Shown here: piece after piece, positions 23,686-37,909 of the stretch
Layout of the letters: every line of letters starts with the position of its first letter
Position numbering within the stretch: the stretch's first letter is position 1
DNA from: Eledone cirrhosa
Lineage: Eukaryota
Reading direction: 5' to 3'
DNA: 64,000 nucleotides
Assembly: GCA_964016885.1 (NCBI GenBank)
Contig: OZ024761.1
Span: 31,726,504 to 31,790,503 of the forward strand
Program-made: the position numbers and the translations under genes
Notes under the pieces: model-generated
Told to the model about the DNA's origin: nothing
Database searches by the model: none
What the model saw: the letters and a program-made list of their open reading frames with translations, nothing else

Positions 23686-25198
23686 AAATAAATGATTATG
23701 AGTTCATGCAATTGACTTATGTTTCGTCACTATATATATAAGCAGAAGGGATATTCAATTTGTTGGTAATTCAACAAATATAAATGATATATATAACTGA
23801 TTCAGAGCACTCAACAGTTTTCTGGAGTATAATATACAATGATATTAAATAAATGGAAACTATATTTATAAAACCATATTTATTCTATTATATATATTTC
23901 AAGGGTACCAAAATTTTGGTACGCCATCAGATAAAATACAAAATGTTTTATAAATATTTGACATAACCAAGGATAATATACCTTAACGGTTCAAGTTAAA
24001 AAAAAAATCGAAAATGAAATCCATATATATATATATATAGGAACCAGTAAGACCCCGACGGCTGAGCTCAATCCGTTTCGACGGCTAATTCTGGACCAGA
24101 ATTGGTCCAGAAATAGCCATCGAAACGGCTTGAGTTCTGCCGTCGGGGTCAAACATTTTCCTATTACCCACTCTACTACCCTAAGTATTGAGTACTCTGG
24201 TGCGTTATGGTTCATCTGGTTCCTTACCACACCTCCTTCGTTATATATATATTTATTAAAATAACAGATTAAAGTTTAAGCAAAGAATCGCTGCTTTCAC
24301 CCTTTGGATTTTAGTCTTCAAATTTATTATTATTATATATATATATATATATATGGTGGCTGCCAACTCGTTTTCGAGTACGGCCACTACTTTATATCCA
24401 TGTAGGAGAACCCCTACCGATGCGCTGAACGAGTGTGACTTTTTAGTCCAGCCAGAGACTTGAAAACTCTGGTACAAACACTACACTTGTGACAATTATT
24501 GACACATAGTGCTGGGCCCATGGTACCATGTGACAATTGCAGAGAGATCTCTAGATATAAAGCAATGCCTGTGCCGTGAAGCTTTTATAGTGAGCAAAGA
24601 CACTGCACAAAGCCAGTCTAACTCTCTTAACCAAGATGATATTTACCAAAAAGAAGAACAAGTCAACATCATTGGATACCATCAGGGTTGCAGGTGCTAT
24701 ATCAGAGTTTTCCTTCTCCTAGAATTCTGCCTTAACAAAGGCTAAGGGGTCATCTCTCCCGGTGATTTATATATATACATATATATATATATACATACAT
24801 ACATGGTGGCTGCCAACTCGTTTTCGAGTACGGCCACTACTTCATATCCATGTAGGAGAACTCCCACCGATGCGCTGAACGAGTGTGACTTTTTAGTCCA
24901 GCCAGCGACTTGAAAACTCTGGTACAAACACTACACTTGTGACAATTATTGACACATAGTGCTGGGCCCATAGTACCATGTGACAAGTGCAGAGAGATCT
25001 CCAGATATAAAGCAATGCCTGTGCCGTGAAGCTTTTATAGTGAGCAAAGGCACTGCACAAAGCCAGTCCCACTCTCTTAACCAAGATGATATTTACCAAA
25101 AAGATGAACAAGTCAACATCATTGGATACCATCAGGGTTGCAGGTGTTATATCAGAGTTTTCCTTCTCCTAGAATTCTGCCTTGACATTTTACCATTC

Positions 25199-25310
25199 TG
25201 CTCTGAGGAAACAGTGGTCACAGCATTGGATATTTGAGTTCTGCAAGTACTTGTGAATTTGCAAGTAGCGGAACTAGGCTGCAGTACCACCGTGGAAACA
25301 CTTGTAAGCA
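25199..25310 (+). ncRNA. Type I hammerhead ribozyme with an 85-nt extended stem II
   Basis: tgct-CTGAGGA-[85 nt of nested helices]-GAAACA ct TGTA-agca. Confidence 0.7.
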
Positions 25311-25516
25311 CACGGAATAAATTACCTTTTTATGATGTGTACCTGTTATTATTCATTCTTTATATACACTCCGGAATACTGAAGGATCAGGAACTAAGTT
25401 TCTTCAACAATTCTTCCATAACTCGTAGAGTAACCTCTTACCGTCCGTCAACCATATCCAGTGTAGTAATTAACCATTACTACATCTTGGATAATCCTAT
25501 ACCTAATATATTTATA

Positions 25517-25555
<39 letters not shown>

Positions 25556-28500
25556 ATAACCCATTCTTTAATAATTTAGTGAAACAGAAGATGGACAGTG
25601 AACCTTACATTCTCAGTCTCTCCTCCGCCACCACCACAATAAACCTCACCACCACCATCATCATCGTCAATAAGCTAATGCCCAGTCTGAACATCTGGAG
25701 GTCAAAATATTAGCCGCAGTCTTAAATTTCGAAGATTCTAAAATCTGTAGCGAGCTGAACCTTTGACCTCGTTAAACAGCCACTAATGTTCTGTGCCTGT
25801 CATTAATTGTTTCTTCTTTTGGCACAAGGCCAGCAATTATCCCTGTGCATTACTGGTACTTTATTTTATCGACCCCGTAAGGATGAAAGGCAAAGTTAAC
25901 CTCATTAATAACACCCGGTCTCACAGTTTGTGGATTGGGACTCCGTCGGTTTAGACGATGAGTATTCCGCAGACACATTTTGTTATTGTTTAGGCCCAGA
26001 GTATATATATGATCGAAGGCATTCCGACCATGACCATCCATTCGTTTTAGCGAGTTATCTAGGACTGCAGCGTCCATTCTTTATTTCATGCGGATTTAAG
26101 GTTTATTTTGGTAGAAACAATTATCGATAAAATAAAGTACCAGTAATGCACTGGGTAATTGCTAGCCTTGTGCCTAAAGTAGAAACAATTATTTTTATTA
26201 TTATAGGGCGGTAGTTTGGCAGTATCAGTAGAGGGTCAGAGGCCATGCTTTGCAGTATAAAGTTACGGCCCTTTACGTTCTGAGCTCAAATCCCGCCGAG
26301 GTTAATTTTTGCCTTTCATTCTTACGGGGTCGATAAAATAAAGTACCAGTAACGTACTGGGATAATTGATGGCCTTGTGCTAAAAGTAGAAACAATTATT
26401 ATTATTATTGTTAGGGCGGTGGATTGGCAGTATCGGTAGGGCGCAGGACAACATTCTATGTAGCATAGAATTGCGGCCCTTTACAATCTGAGTTCAAATC
26501 CCACCGAGGTTAACTTTGTCTTTCATCCTTACAGGGTCGATAAAATAAAGTACCAGTAACGTACTGGGGTCGATTTACTCGACTTTCCCCTCTCCAAAAT
26601 TGCTGGCCTTGTGCCTATATAAGAAACCATTATTGTTACTGTAAATATCATGTTTATACGGTTTTCATCATTAATAAATATTAAGTTTATGTAATTATGT
26701 CTTAAAAATGAATTATTGAATTATCCTTTTTTTAATTATTTGTAATCACTTTAACGTGTCAAGAAACAACACAAGCTATTACATTTCTTTCATAAAAACC
26801 ATTAATTGAACAAAACGCAAAATTCCTAGTTTGTATGATTATTCATATAAAGGGCAGCCTGATATACATGGCCTACCGATGCAGGACTCCAAATATTAAA
26901 TACATTTAACGTTATTGCCGTCGTTATTCATGACACGGGGCATCTAGTTTGAAATAACAAGTGACGTTGGAAGAGGTACAGTTTACTTTAATAGACAAAT
27001 GTTATAATGGTTTCTTATATAGGCACAAAGCCAGCAATTTTGGGGGAGATGGGAAAATCGATTAAATCGACCCAGTGTGTGACTGGTACTTTATTTTATC
27101 GACCCCGTAGGAATGAAAGACAAAGTTAACCTCGGCGGGATTTGAACTCAGATTATAAAGGGCTGTAACTCTATGCTGCAAAGCATGGTGTCTGACGCTC
27201 TACCGATACTGCCAATCCACCGCCGTAGACAAATGTTATAATAGTAACCCTCCTCCCCTCCTTGACGTGACTAAATAGAGATGGTGGTGGGCGATTCTAT
27301 TCTAATAGCGTTACAGGGGAGATAAATAGCTAGGTTGTTTTTTTAGACAATAAGTGAAACAGACAAAACATCGGTTCCTCTGCCTGACCTCATCTTTATA
27401 TTATTACAGTAACAACATCAACAATATCAACGTTGTATTGAGGACTAGAGAGGGTTAATCACCATTACTGAGAACCTGTAAGTTAAATCTAACACTATTT
27501 AACTAATTTCATAACAAATCTGATTCAAACTACTCAAACCAGTTTTTTTTATCATTAGTATCATTTATCTAAAACCTTTCTAAAATATCATAATCTTATG
27601 TAAGCTTTTAAGTTCCAAACACCAGCTTAACTATTTCTATGCATTAACAACTATTTCTATGCATTAACAACTATTTCTATGCATTAACAACTATTTCTAA
27701 TGCATTAACAACTATTTCTATGCATGTGTAATGAAAGAACCGGCAATTAAATAACCATTCCGTTACTGAACTTTTTTTTTATTTTGGTTTTCACTTATTG
27801 TAGCGTGTGTGTGTATATAATAGCAATAATAATAAATTTGAAGACTAAAATCCAAAGAGGGCTCGATAAGGATAAATATATAAGAACCCTAGAGCAAATA
27901 TTTATTAAAATAACAGATTAAAGTTTAAGCAAAGAATCACTGCTTTCACCCTTAACGGGATCTTTAATCTGTTATTTTAATAAATATATATATATATATA
28001 TAGTCTAGGGCGGGTAAAATTCCCGAGATCCATGGACGAGTTCTCTCCAGCGGCCTCTGTCCCTCATTATTGCTGCCATGTCCTTAGGACATCAACATAT
28101 GTTAACCTCGGTCTTCCTCTTTCAGTGTGTCCATGCAGGGTCTCCCACAGGACCACTGAGATGTCGGTGAGCATGTCCAGCTAACCTCAGTCTCCTCTGT
28201 ACCATTCTCGAATGATAATTGTTTCTACTTTTGGCACAAGGCCAGCAATTACCCAGTGCATTACTGGTACTTTATTTTATCGACCTCGGCGGGATTTGAA
28301 CTCGGATCATACAGGGAAGTAACTCTATGCTTCAAAGCATGGTGTCCGACCCTCTACCGATACTGCCAATAGAGTTAAACTATCATCGCCTCCATCTCTC
28401 TCGCCCTCCCCATCTCTCTGTATGGTGAGCAAATGGGGTCCCACAGCCCCGGTGGACAAAATGGAGAAGGTGTTTTCCCAGAGGATGGTAAGGGAGATGC

Positions 28501-29109
28501 GCTGGAAGAGCCATTCCATCTCGCGAGGCTCACACCTGCGGCTAGCCAGCTAAGCGCGTATGGTGGTGAGCAGGGAGGTAGCCCTAGAGCCAAGGACACC
28601 AGAAGTTTCCATTGCTAGGGGCACGACCGCAAACCTGTCACCATATCATATGGATCCAGTCCCGAATTTTATTATACAAAACTGTTGGTTTGGGAGTGTT
28701 TACATTTATTAAAAACCTTTCCATCATAATTTTTACGTAAGAACTTTTAAGTTTCAAACACCAGCTTAAATCTTTTGATTCCAAATTGATTGGAACCAGT
28801 CCGAATTGTGTGGTACAAGAACTGTTGGTCTTGATTTTTTAAAATATTTATCTAAACTCTTTTCATCACAATTTTATGTGAACCATTGTTAAGTTATGTT
28901 CGAAACATCAAACAGATTGAAACCACCTTCTGGCTGTATAATACAAAATAGTTTGTTTTAAAAGTGGTTATGTCTATCTAAAAGCCTTCCATCATAATTC
29001 TATGTATAAACTATTGTTAAGAGACGTTCCAAACATCTGCTTAAAAATCACCAAGTTAGTTATATTACTAAATCGCTCCGGATTCTTTGAAAATTCGCAC
29101 CGAAATAGA

Positions 29110-29850
29110 ATTCCTCCGAAGCGTCTTAGGAGTAACGTTACTCGATAAAGTGTGTAGCTAGGAGATCAGAGAGTTACTCCAGGTAGAGCTGCTACTTCTC
29201 CGAATTGAGATGTCACAGTTCCGATATTATGGACATGTGGTTAGAATGTCTCAGGAAAGAATCGCTGGACAGATTTGTAGTTCGGAGATCAGAGAGTCAT
29301 TCCAGGTAGAGCTGCTACTTCTCAGAATTGAGGGATCACAGTTCCGATACTAAGGGCATGTGGTTAGAATGTCTCAGGAAAGAATCGCTGGACAGATTTG
29401 TAGTTCGGAGATCAGAGAGTTACTCCAGGTAGAGCTGCTACTTCTCAGAATTGAGGGATCACAGTTCCGATACTAAGGGCATGTGGTTAGAATGTCTCAG
29501 GAAAGAATCGCTGGACAGATTTGTAGTTCGGAGATCAGAGAGTTACTCCAGGTAGAGCTGCTACTTCTCAGAATTGAGGGATCACAGTTCCGATACTATG
29601 GACATGTGGTTAGAATGTCTCAGGAAAGAATCGCTGGACAGATTTGTAGTTCGGAGATCAGAGAGTCATTCCAGGTAGAGCTGCTACTTCTCAGAATTGA
29701 GGGATCACAGTTCCGATACTAAGGGCATGTGGTTAGAATGTCTCAGGAAAGAATCGCTGGACAGATTTTACTAGCACAACCAACCAGCAAAAGATCCAGG
29801 GTAGTCCTCCGAGTAAAATGGTTAGATAACATCCATGAGCTAGGCTGACT
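29110..29850 (+). mobile_element. Same RTE-type fragment with a 123-bp internal tandem expansion (about 5 units); a third, more diverged array lies at 55235-55830 on the minus strand
   Basis: ggagatcaga at 29161, 29284, 29407, 29530 and 29653. Confidence 0.8.
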
Positions 29851-30807
29851 TCATTATGAGTTCAAATCATGCTGAGGTCAACATTGTTTTAAACCCTTTT
29901 GGGTCGAGAAATAAAGTACTGGTTAAAGTATAATGGATTAATGATGGAAATATTAAAGAAGTGGACCGGATTTTTCTTGCTATCTGATCTGAGTTTAAAT
30001 CCCTCCCCTCCACCTCGTGTTAAGTGTTACAACATGGCAAATAGTATCAGCAATAGATTGGTCCTCCGTCGGTTTCGATGGTGTGTGTTGCAGTTGTTCG
30101 ATCAATGGAGGAACAGCCTGCTGACACAAATAACAGGTAAGTGGCTGAACATTCGACAGGTATGTATACCCTTAACGTAATTCTCAAAGAAATTCAGCAT
30201 GACACATTGTTTGACAAGGATAGCCCTTTGAATTAAAGGTATAGCCCATTCGACGGGCTTCCAAACAGTTTCCGTCTACCAAATTTTACTTACAAAGCAT
30301 GGGTAGACCTGATCTAAGTCTATGGTAAATGACACTTACCCAAGATGTCACACAGTGGGGTCGAACCCGAGACCTAATGATTGCAAAGTAAACTTCTTAA
30401 AAATTCAACTATGCTTCGTCCACAATGGAAAGACCAATAGAATCATTTGTTGTTTCCTTGGTCCGATTTGATCGGTTTCTTTGAGTTATTATTTGTTTTG
30501 TTTTTTTCTCAATGTGGTATTCCAGAGTAAATAGAAAAACTAATGAAATCATTGTTTCCTTAGTCCGATCCAACGCTCGGGTCCTTTTTTTAAAATTTAT
30601 TTTTTTTATTTTGTTTTCTCAACATGTTGCCCCAGCATGGCCGCAGTCAAATGACTGAAACCAGTAAAGGAGAAAAAAAAAGGGTGTCTTTCATAATATA
30701 TATATATATATTTATATTAAAATGACAGATTAAAGTTTATATATATTATATTATATATTATGGAATACTGTTGGCTTCTTGCTATAATACTTTCTATACC
30801 TTTCATT

Positions 30808-30876
<69 letters not shown>

Positions 30877-31585
30877 GATATGTATGTATGGTCCCGTAAC
30901 TCCTGATAGTCGTAGGGGACGCCGTATTGACATACGGCGTTTCTATGGCATTTAAAACCTGTCGGAACCCCCCACCCTCTCGCCAAGCCTGAGTACAGCA
31001 AATTTCTTCCAGAGAAAGATAGAAAGTGAGTGAGTGGAAATTAGAAAGAGATATAGAGGAAGACTGGAACTTTTTGTTTATCGACCCTGTAAGGATGGTA
31101 AAGTTGACCCCAGGATTTGAACTGAGAGAACAGGAACGAAGTATTCCATCCGACGTCCTAACCACTCTGCCAATTCGCCGCCTAGAAATATGATAATTGT
31201 TTCGACTTTTGGCACAAGGCCAGCAATTATACTAGTGTATTACTGGTACTTTATTTTATCGACCCCGTAAGGATGAAAGGCAAAGTTGACCTCGGCGGGA
31301 TTTGAACTCAGACCGTAAAGGACCGTAACTCTATGCTGCAAAGCATGGTGTCCGACTCTCTACCGATACTGCCTATCCACTGCCCTTTGTCTAGAAATAT
31401 GATAATGGAGGGGTTAAAATTTGCTTTGTACCATAACTGACAAGCTTTGTTTGTTTGTTTGTTTATTGTTGTTGTTGTTGTAGTTGTTGTCAGCCATTAA
31501 TGTGAATGGAATAAGAACGAAGATTGATAAAGGAATGAATAATTAATGTATGTATTTACTTAATTAATTATATTAAATCACGTAC

Positions 31586-31966
31586 TTGTTCTGCGGCACA
31601 GAGTTTCTCCGATCTGTCACAACTGGGTTTACTAGTGGCCGACGGTTTCTCTTCTCGGTCTTTTTTTCCCAATGTTTGCTGTGTCTGCTGGTTTTTACCA
31701 TTACCAACAGCTGGGCTTTTGTGGTCGGATCTATGAAGGCCTTGGTTCGTCCTTTGAATGTTCTGTAGCAACGTCTTAATCCCTTTTAAATTGAAAATGT
31801 TTCCCGGCAGTCCGTATTTCGTAGTTAGAGCGTTGAGGAAATCTGATGTTTCCTTGTGAGCTGCTGTGTCCACAGTATAATTCCCAACAGTTCGTTTATT
31901 GCACAAACAAAATACAAAAATAATAGAAATTACGAGAAAAATCCGTTGGTGGTATGAAGTTACCAT
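31586..31966 (-). CDS. SLC39A14: ZIP8/ZIP14-like zinc/manganese/iron transporter, coding exon 1 (signal peptide + ectodomain)
   Basis: ATG at 31966; hydrophobic signal peptide (IFLVISIIFVFCLC); 381 nt ending at a gtacgt donor in phase 0; joins exon 2 in frame (CAAEQ|CLPLD). Confidence 0.8.
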
Positions 31967-32493
31967 TTTGATATGGTTTTTTTGTTGAGTTTATTGCGGT
32001 GTTTTTTTTTTGGGGGGGGGGGTTTAGTGAGGGAGTTGTGTTATATATATATATATTTTTTTTTAAATGTTTCAATCTTATTTTTTATTATTATTTTACA
32101 TCACTTTATGGAAGAACAGATCAAGATGTTTCGAATTTTCTAATATATTTTGATGTGTTGATGTGACTGTGTGAATATTGAGAGAATCACAGCAACGTGT
32201 ATATGGATGGATGGATGGATAGAGGGATAGGTATATAAATAGGTAGATAGATAGGTAAGTAGATATGTAGATAGATAGGTAGGTAGATAGGTAGATGGAT
32301 AGGTAGGTAGATAGATAGGTAAGTAGATATGTAGGTAGGTAGGTAGGTAGGTAGGTAGGTATAAAGGGATGGATTTACAAGCAATAGGCTGGATAATAAA
32401 TGAAATAATTATTGAAACGAGGGGATAAAACTTACTTGTATGTTTAAATAAATGTATGTTTATGTGTGCTTTTGTATGTACAAATATATAATC

Positions 32494-32534
<41 letters not shown>

Positions 32535-34000
32535 TATGCACACGAATATATTTATAAAGGTATATATATATATGTATACACAGTTACAGAAATATAAATA
32601 TGCGTATGGTTAAAGATATGTATATTAGAATGGTTGTGTGTAAAGTTTCTGAATTTTGACGAGGTAAAACGCAAACCTGAAAATCCGCTGATAAGATTAA
32701 CTCGACTGTTAAGATTCTCTCTTGATGGGAATGAGACGCGTGCAAAAGTCGGGCTTAGGTACCGAACGCAAAGCCTTCTTTACTCAGCCCACCGCCTCCA
32801 CCACCTTTTTTTCTTATTTATATTATTTATTCGTTTATCTCATTTTTATTTACTTATATTTAGATATATTTTTTTTTTAGATTTCATGCCGGACTTTAAG
32901 CATTGGGTATTGTGTGGCTTTAAGAATTTACTTGGCGTGTGCAGCAAATATGGCTGTGTGGTTAACAGGTTTAATTATTTCAACTACATGGTTACGGCTT
33001 TCAGGATCGGTCCCACCGCAAGGTCGCAACATCATGAACAATTGTGTTAATTTTATATTTAATTGTTTTTGTTTTTTTTTTTGTGGTCGTTGTCGTTGTT
33101 TTTTTTTTTTTTTTTTGGGGGGGGGGGGGGGGGTTCGATTGTTTTCATCATTAAATTTGTCGATCGACTTTCATCTAATCAGACCGAGGAAACAATGTTT
33201 CCGTTGGTCTTTCCAATTGCTAATGCTATCTATCGGTCGTAACTCCAGGTAGAAGGAGCAATGTAAAATAAAGTGTCTTGCTTAAGGACATAACGCATCG
33301 CCGGGTGCAGGAATCGAACTGACAGCCTCACGATTACGAATCCAGTTCTCTAATCAATCAGCCACATGCCTTCACATAGCATTGGGGCAATCAATCTGTT
33401 TGTCTGTCCTTTTGTGGATCTGTCTGTTCTTCTGTTGATCTGTTTGTCTGTCCTTTTGTCGATCTGTCTGACTGTTTTTGTTTGATTTCCTTGTGTAGGT
33501 GCATGGATAAGTGATTAGTGTGTTCGACCCACAACCGTAAGGTTGCGAGTTCGATTCCCCGTGGCGCGATTTATCCTTAAGCATGGGAGTTCGTTTGACG
33601 TTGTTTCAGTCCTTTCGGCTGGAAAGAAAACCAGTTGTACCTGAACCTATACAGCGTTGTGCACAATTGAGAGTCCACCTGTATTTTAGCTGTCATATTA
33701 ATAGTAACCATAGTATACACACAAGCATGCAATTAACTTTTTTTTTCAGGTATAGTATATAAGTCGACCAAACACATTGTGTTGTATTTTCATACATATA
33801 GCACACTGAGTTCAAATCCCACCGAGGTTAGCTTTGCCTTTCATCCTTACGGGGTCGATAAAATAAAGTACCAGTCATGCACTGGGGTCGATTTAATGGA
33901 TTTTCCCCTCTCCCCAAAAAATTTCTGGCCTTGTGCCAATAGTAGAAATCATATATATAGCACACTGAGTCATCATTTTAATACATTTTTAAGTACTAAC

Positions 34001-34915
34001 ATGGCTGCCATTTCAAGCGAAAAACTGCAAATATCATCCTTCTTCATGAGGAAGGCTATTCCTAGTGCCAAATATCTGTAGGATTGGTGTATCTAAGACT
34101 GGTGTTCAAAACACACTTGCCCGTAATGCAACAACAGGCGCTCCTAACCCAAACAAGAGGCATAGAAGACTACTCAAGAAAAGTGTTCAAACAGATCACA
34201 TGGTACGCCGACGTGCAGTGTCAAATCCAAATGCTTCCAGCTCATATATCCAAGCTGAACTTTCTCAGGACACAAACATATCACCTTCTATCACCATCCG
34301 ACGTTGCTGTATTAAGGACTTTAACCTTCGGGCTGTTAAGCCAGCTCCTAAGACTCAACTTTCAAATAAAAACATCAATGACCGTCTGTTGTTCTGCAAC
34401 ACTTATTGTCACTGGAGTGCCGCTCAGTGGGATGAGGTAATTTTTAATGATGAAACATTACTTAGACAATTTCCCTTTTATAATCACCATGTAAGAAGAC
34501 CTCTTGGACAGCATTATGATTCTCGTTATGTCAAACCAGAAGTTGAACATTCACAATCAGTGATGGTCTGGGGATAAATAAACTCAAAAGGAGAAGCTGC
34601 ACTGACCATAATTCCAGCAAGAAAGATGGTAAATACAAACATTCTATTTAGAAATTATACGAGCAAAGGTCCTATTGTGGATGGAGAGGTATGGTTGCAA
34701 GATATATCAACAAGATGGTGCTCCTAAATTTATTTTTTGAGAATCTGATATTGAAGTGCTGGCACCTTGACCAGATTCAAGTCCTGACTTAAATCCAATT
34801 GTAAACTGTTGGAAATTAATGAAAGAAAAAGCTGCGAAGCTAAATCCCAGCTCAATTACTGATTTACAACAAAAATTTCTTACTGCATGAACACAATAGA
34901 TTACTACTGAATATT
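34001..34915 (+). pseudogene. Tc1-family transposase relic
   Basis: W..VIFNDET, SVMVWG, YQQDGAP and SPDLNPI motifs, with stops and frameshifts. Confidence 0.85.
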
Positions 34916-35154
34916 AATAATAGTTTGTTCCTACTTTTGGCTCAAGGCCAGCAATTATCCCAGTGTATTACTGGTACTTTATTTTATCGACCCCGTAAGG
35001 ATGAAAGGCAAAGTTAACCTCGGCGGGATTTGAACTCATTAGAGACCACCTTACACTTGATCCATGGTTTCGACCAGTCAAGATGATCTTTTCAGTCGGA
35101 TTTTGCAAGTTTGTTATAGTCTTGGAGGCTGTTCAATACCCAGGTCTATTAAAT

Positions 35155-35798
35155 ATCTCTCACTCTCTCTCACTCTCACTCTCTCTCACTCTCACTCTCT
35201 TTCTCTCACTCTCTTTCACTCTTTTTCTCTTTCTTTCTCTCTTTCTCTCTCTCTTTCTCTCTCTTTCTATCTCTTTCTCTCTCTTTCTTTCTCTTTCTCT
35301 CTCTTTCTTTCTCTTTCTCTCTCTTGCTCTCTCTTTCTCTCACTTTCTCTCTCTCACTTTCTCTCACTCTCTTTCTCTCACTTTCTCTCTCTCACTTTCT
35401 CACTCTCTTTCTCTCACTCTCTTTCTCTCACTCTCTTTCTCTCACTCTCTTTCTCTCACTCTCTTACTCTCTTTCTCTCACTCTCACTCTCTTTCTCTCA
35501 CTCGCTCGCTCACTCACTCACTCGCTCGCTCACTCACTCACTCGCTCGCTCACTCACTCACTCGCTCGCTCGCTCGCTCACTCACTCACTCACTCACTCG
35601 CTCTCTTTCACGCTCTCTCTCGCTCTCTTTCACGCTCTCACTCTATCTCACGCTCACACTCACGCTCTCTCTCACGCTCACGCTCTCTCTCTCTCTCACG
35701 CTCTCTCTCTCTCTCTCACGCTCGCTCTCTCTCTCTCACGGCTCGCTCTCTCTCTCTCTCACGCTCGCTCTCTCTCTCTCACGGCTCTCTCTCTCTCA

Positions 35799-35831
<33 letters not shown>

Positions 35832-36350
35832 ACGCTCGCTCGTTCGCTCTCTCTCTCTCTCACGCTCTCTCTCTCTCGCTCTCTCTCTCTCACGCTCTCT
35901 CTCTCTCTCCTCTCTCTCTCGCTCGCTCGCTCGCTCTTTCTCTCTCTCTCACGCTCGCTCTCTCTCACTCACGCTCTCACTCACGCTCTCACTCACGCTC
36001 GTTCTCTCTCTCTCTCTCACGCTCGCTCGCTCTCTCTTTCTCTCTCTCTCACGCTCGCTCTCTCTCTCTTTCTCTCTCTCTCACGCTCGCTCTCTCTCAC
36101 TCACGCTCGTTCTCTCTCTCTCTCTCTTTCTCTCTCTCACTCACTCACTCACCCTCTCTCCACTCCCTCTCTCCCTCTACCTCTCTCTATCACTCTCTAT
36201 CACTCTCCCTCCCTCTCTCCCTCTCCCTCCCTCTCCCTCCCTCCCTCTCCCTCCCTCCCTCTCCCTCCCTCTCCCTCCCTCTCTCCCTCCCTCCCTCTCT
36301 CCCTCTCTCCCTCCCTATCTCCCTCCCTCTCTCCCCTCTCCTCTCTCTCT
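35155..36350. repeat. Pyrimidine-rich low-complexity tract, (TC)n / (CTCA)n / (CTCC)n
   Basis: Direct observation. Confidence 0.95.
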
Positions 36351-36670
36351 TATACACATTAGTCAACTGAATTCTCTATATTTAAGGAAAGTAGAGTTTG
36401 TGTGGTTATTACATGTATGTATGTATGTGTGTGAAACACACACATACACGTGTCGTGGTTATTACCTGTATGTGTGATACGCACACACTCTCTCTCTCTC
36501 TCTCTGCCCAAGGCATGATTTGACAATTTCTAAATTGACAATAACAAAACAATAAACAATAGATAAGAGATTAGAGAACGATCGAGAAAAGCACAGCTGT
36601 TTGGAGGGTCATTGTTTTATCAAAATATCTATGACATGTTTGGGGTGAGGTGACATAGGGTTAATAAACT

Positions 36671-36710
<40 letters not shown>

Positions 36711-36811
36711 TATAGTGTAGGCTGTTAAAAGTTACGGGTGTAATAGCTAGACATTTTTAATCCGAACCTGGTAATTAGCCGATTGTAATTACGAATTATA
36801 TAGCTTTCGCA

Positions 36812-36856
<45 letters not shown>

Positions 36857-37051
36857 GAATTTGAATTTAATTTGTTGGAATTCCGACAAAAATAAATGCT
36901 TATAACTGATTTAGAGCACTCAACAAGTTAGTGGAGTAAATATTCCAAGATATATAAACCTTGGTGCGCTTTCATTAGATAAAATACAAAGTATGTTTTA
37001 TAAATAAAGACATATACATGATAATCAAACCTTATCGGTCGGAAATTCACT

Positions 37052-37088
<37 letters not shown>

Positions 37089-37909
37089 ATATAATATCAC
37101 TACGAGAATATCTAACCTCTCCTCTAATAAGGCTATCTTTGACAGAACGACACCCTAATATAACACAGCGTTAGTTAACAGCGGCTTCTCGCAACCAATT
37201 ACTTGCTAACAACACCAATAAGTATATATATATATATATATATGGTTTCTTATATTGGCACAAGGCCAGCAATTTTTTGGGGGAAGGGAAAGTCGATTAA
37301 ATCGACCCCAGTGCGTGACTGGTATTTTATTTTATCGATCCCGTAAGGATGAATGGCAAAGTTAACCTCGGCGGGATTTGAACTCAGATCGTAAAGGGCG
37401 GTAACTTTATGCTGCAAAGTATGGCGTCCCCCCTCCACCGATACTACCAATCCACCGCCCATATATGTGTGTGTGACATTAGGGACACGTACAGAGGGAC
37501 CTATGGGAGTTAGGAAGTTATGTATGTATGGATCCGTAACTCCTAGTGGGGGCATAGGGGAATCGTAGTGACATACGGCATGCCTTGGGCATTTTCTACC
37601 TGGTGGAGGCCTCAACTCCTTACATGTCTGAACACAGCTGATTTCTGCCAGCGAAGGCGGGAGAGTGAAAAAGAGATATAGCGGAAGAATAAAATCGACC
37701 CCAGTATTTGACTGGTACGTTATTTCTCGACCTACAAAGGACAAAAGGTAAAGTTGACTTTGGCGGAATTTGAACTCAGAAAGCAGAGAGTGCTTGAACG
37801 AATATCACAAAGTATTCCACCTGACGCTCTACCGACTTTTCCAATCCTCTGATGAAGGTTATAAAACTCCTAGAGTATGTCTGATCGCATCTGTAACATA
37901 AGCAGTATC

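Noticed and set aside
35064-36477. 350-460-aa Ser/Leu-rich ORFs
   Set aside because: Stop-free (TC)n low-complexity sequence.
36671-36709. Poly-G run as a functional G-quadruplex
   Set aside because: A homopolymer with unreliable length and no supporting context.
37849-37900. CTGATGA motif
   Set aside because: No downstream GAAA or stem III. The same applies to the CTGATGA matches near 38690-38727 and 63670.
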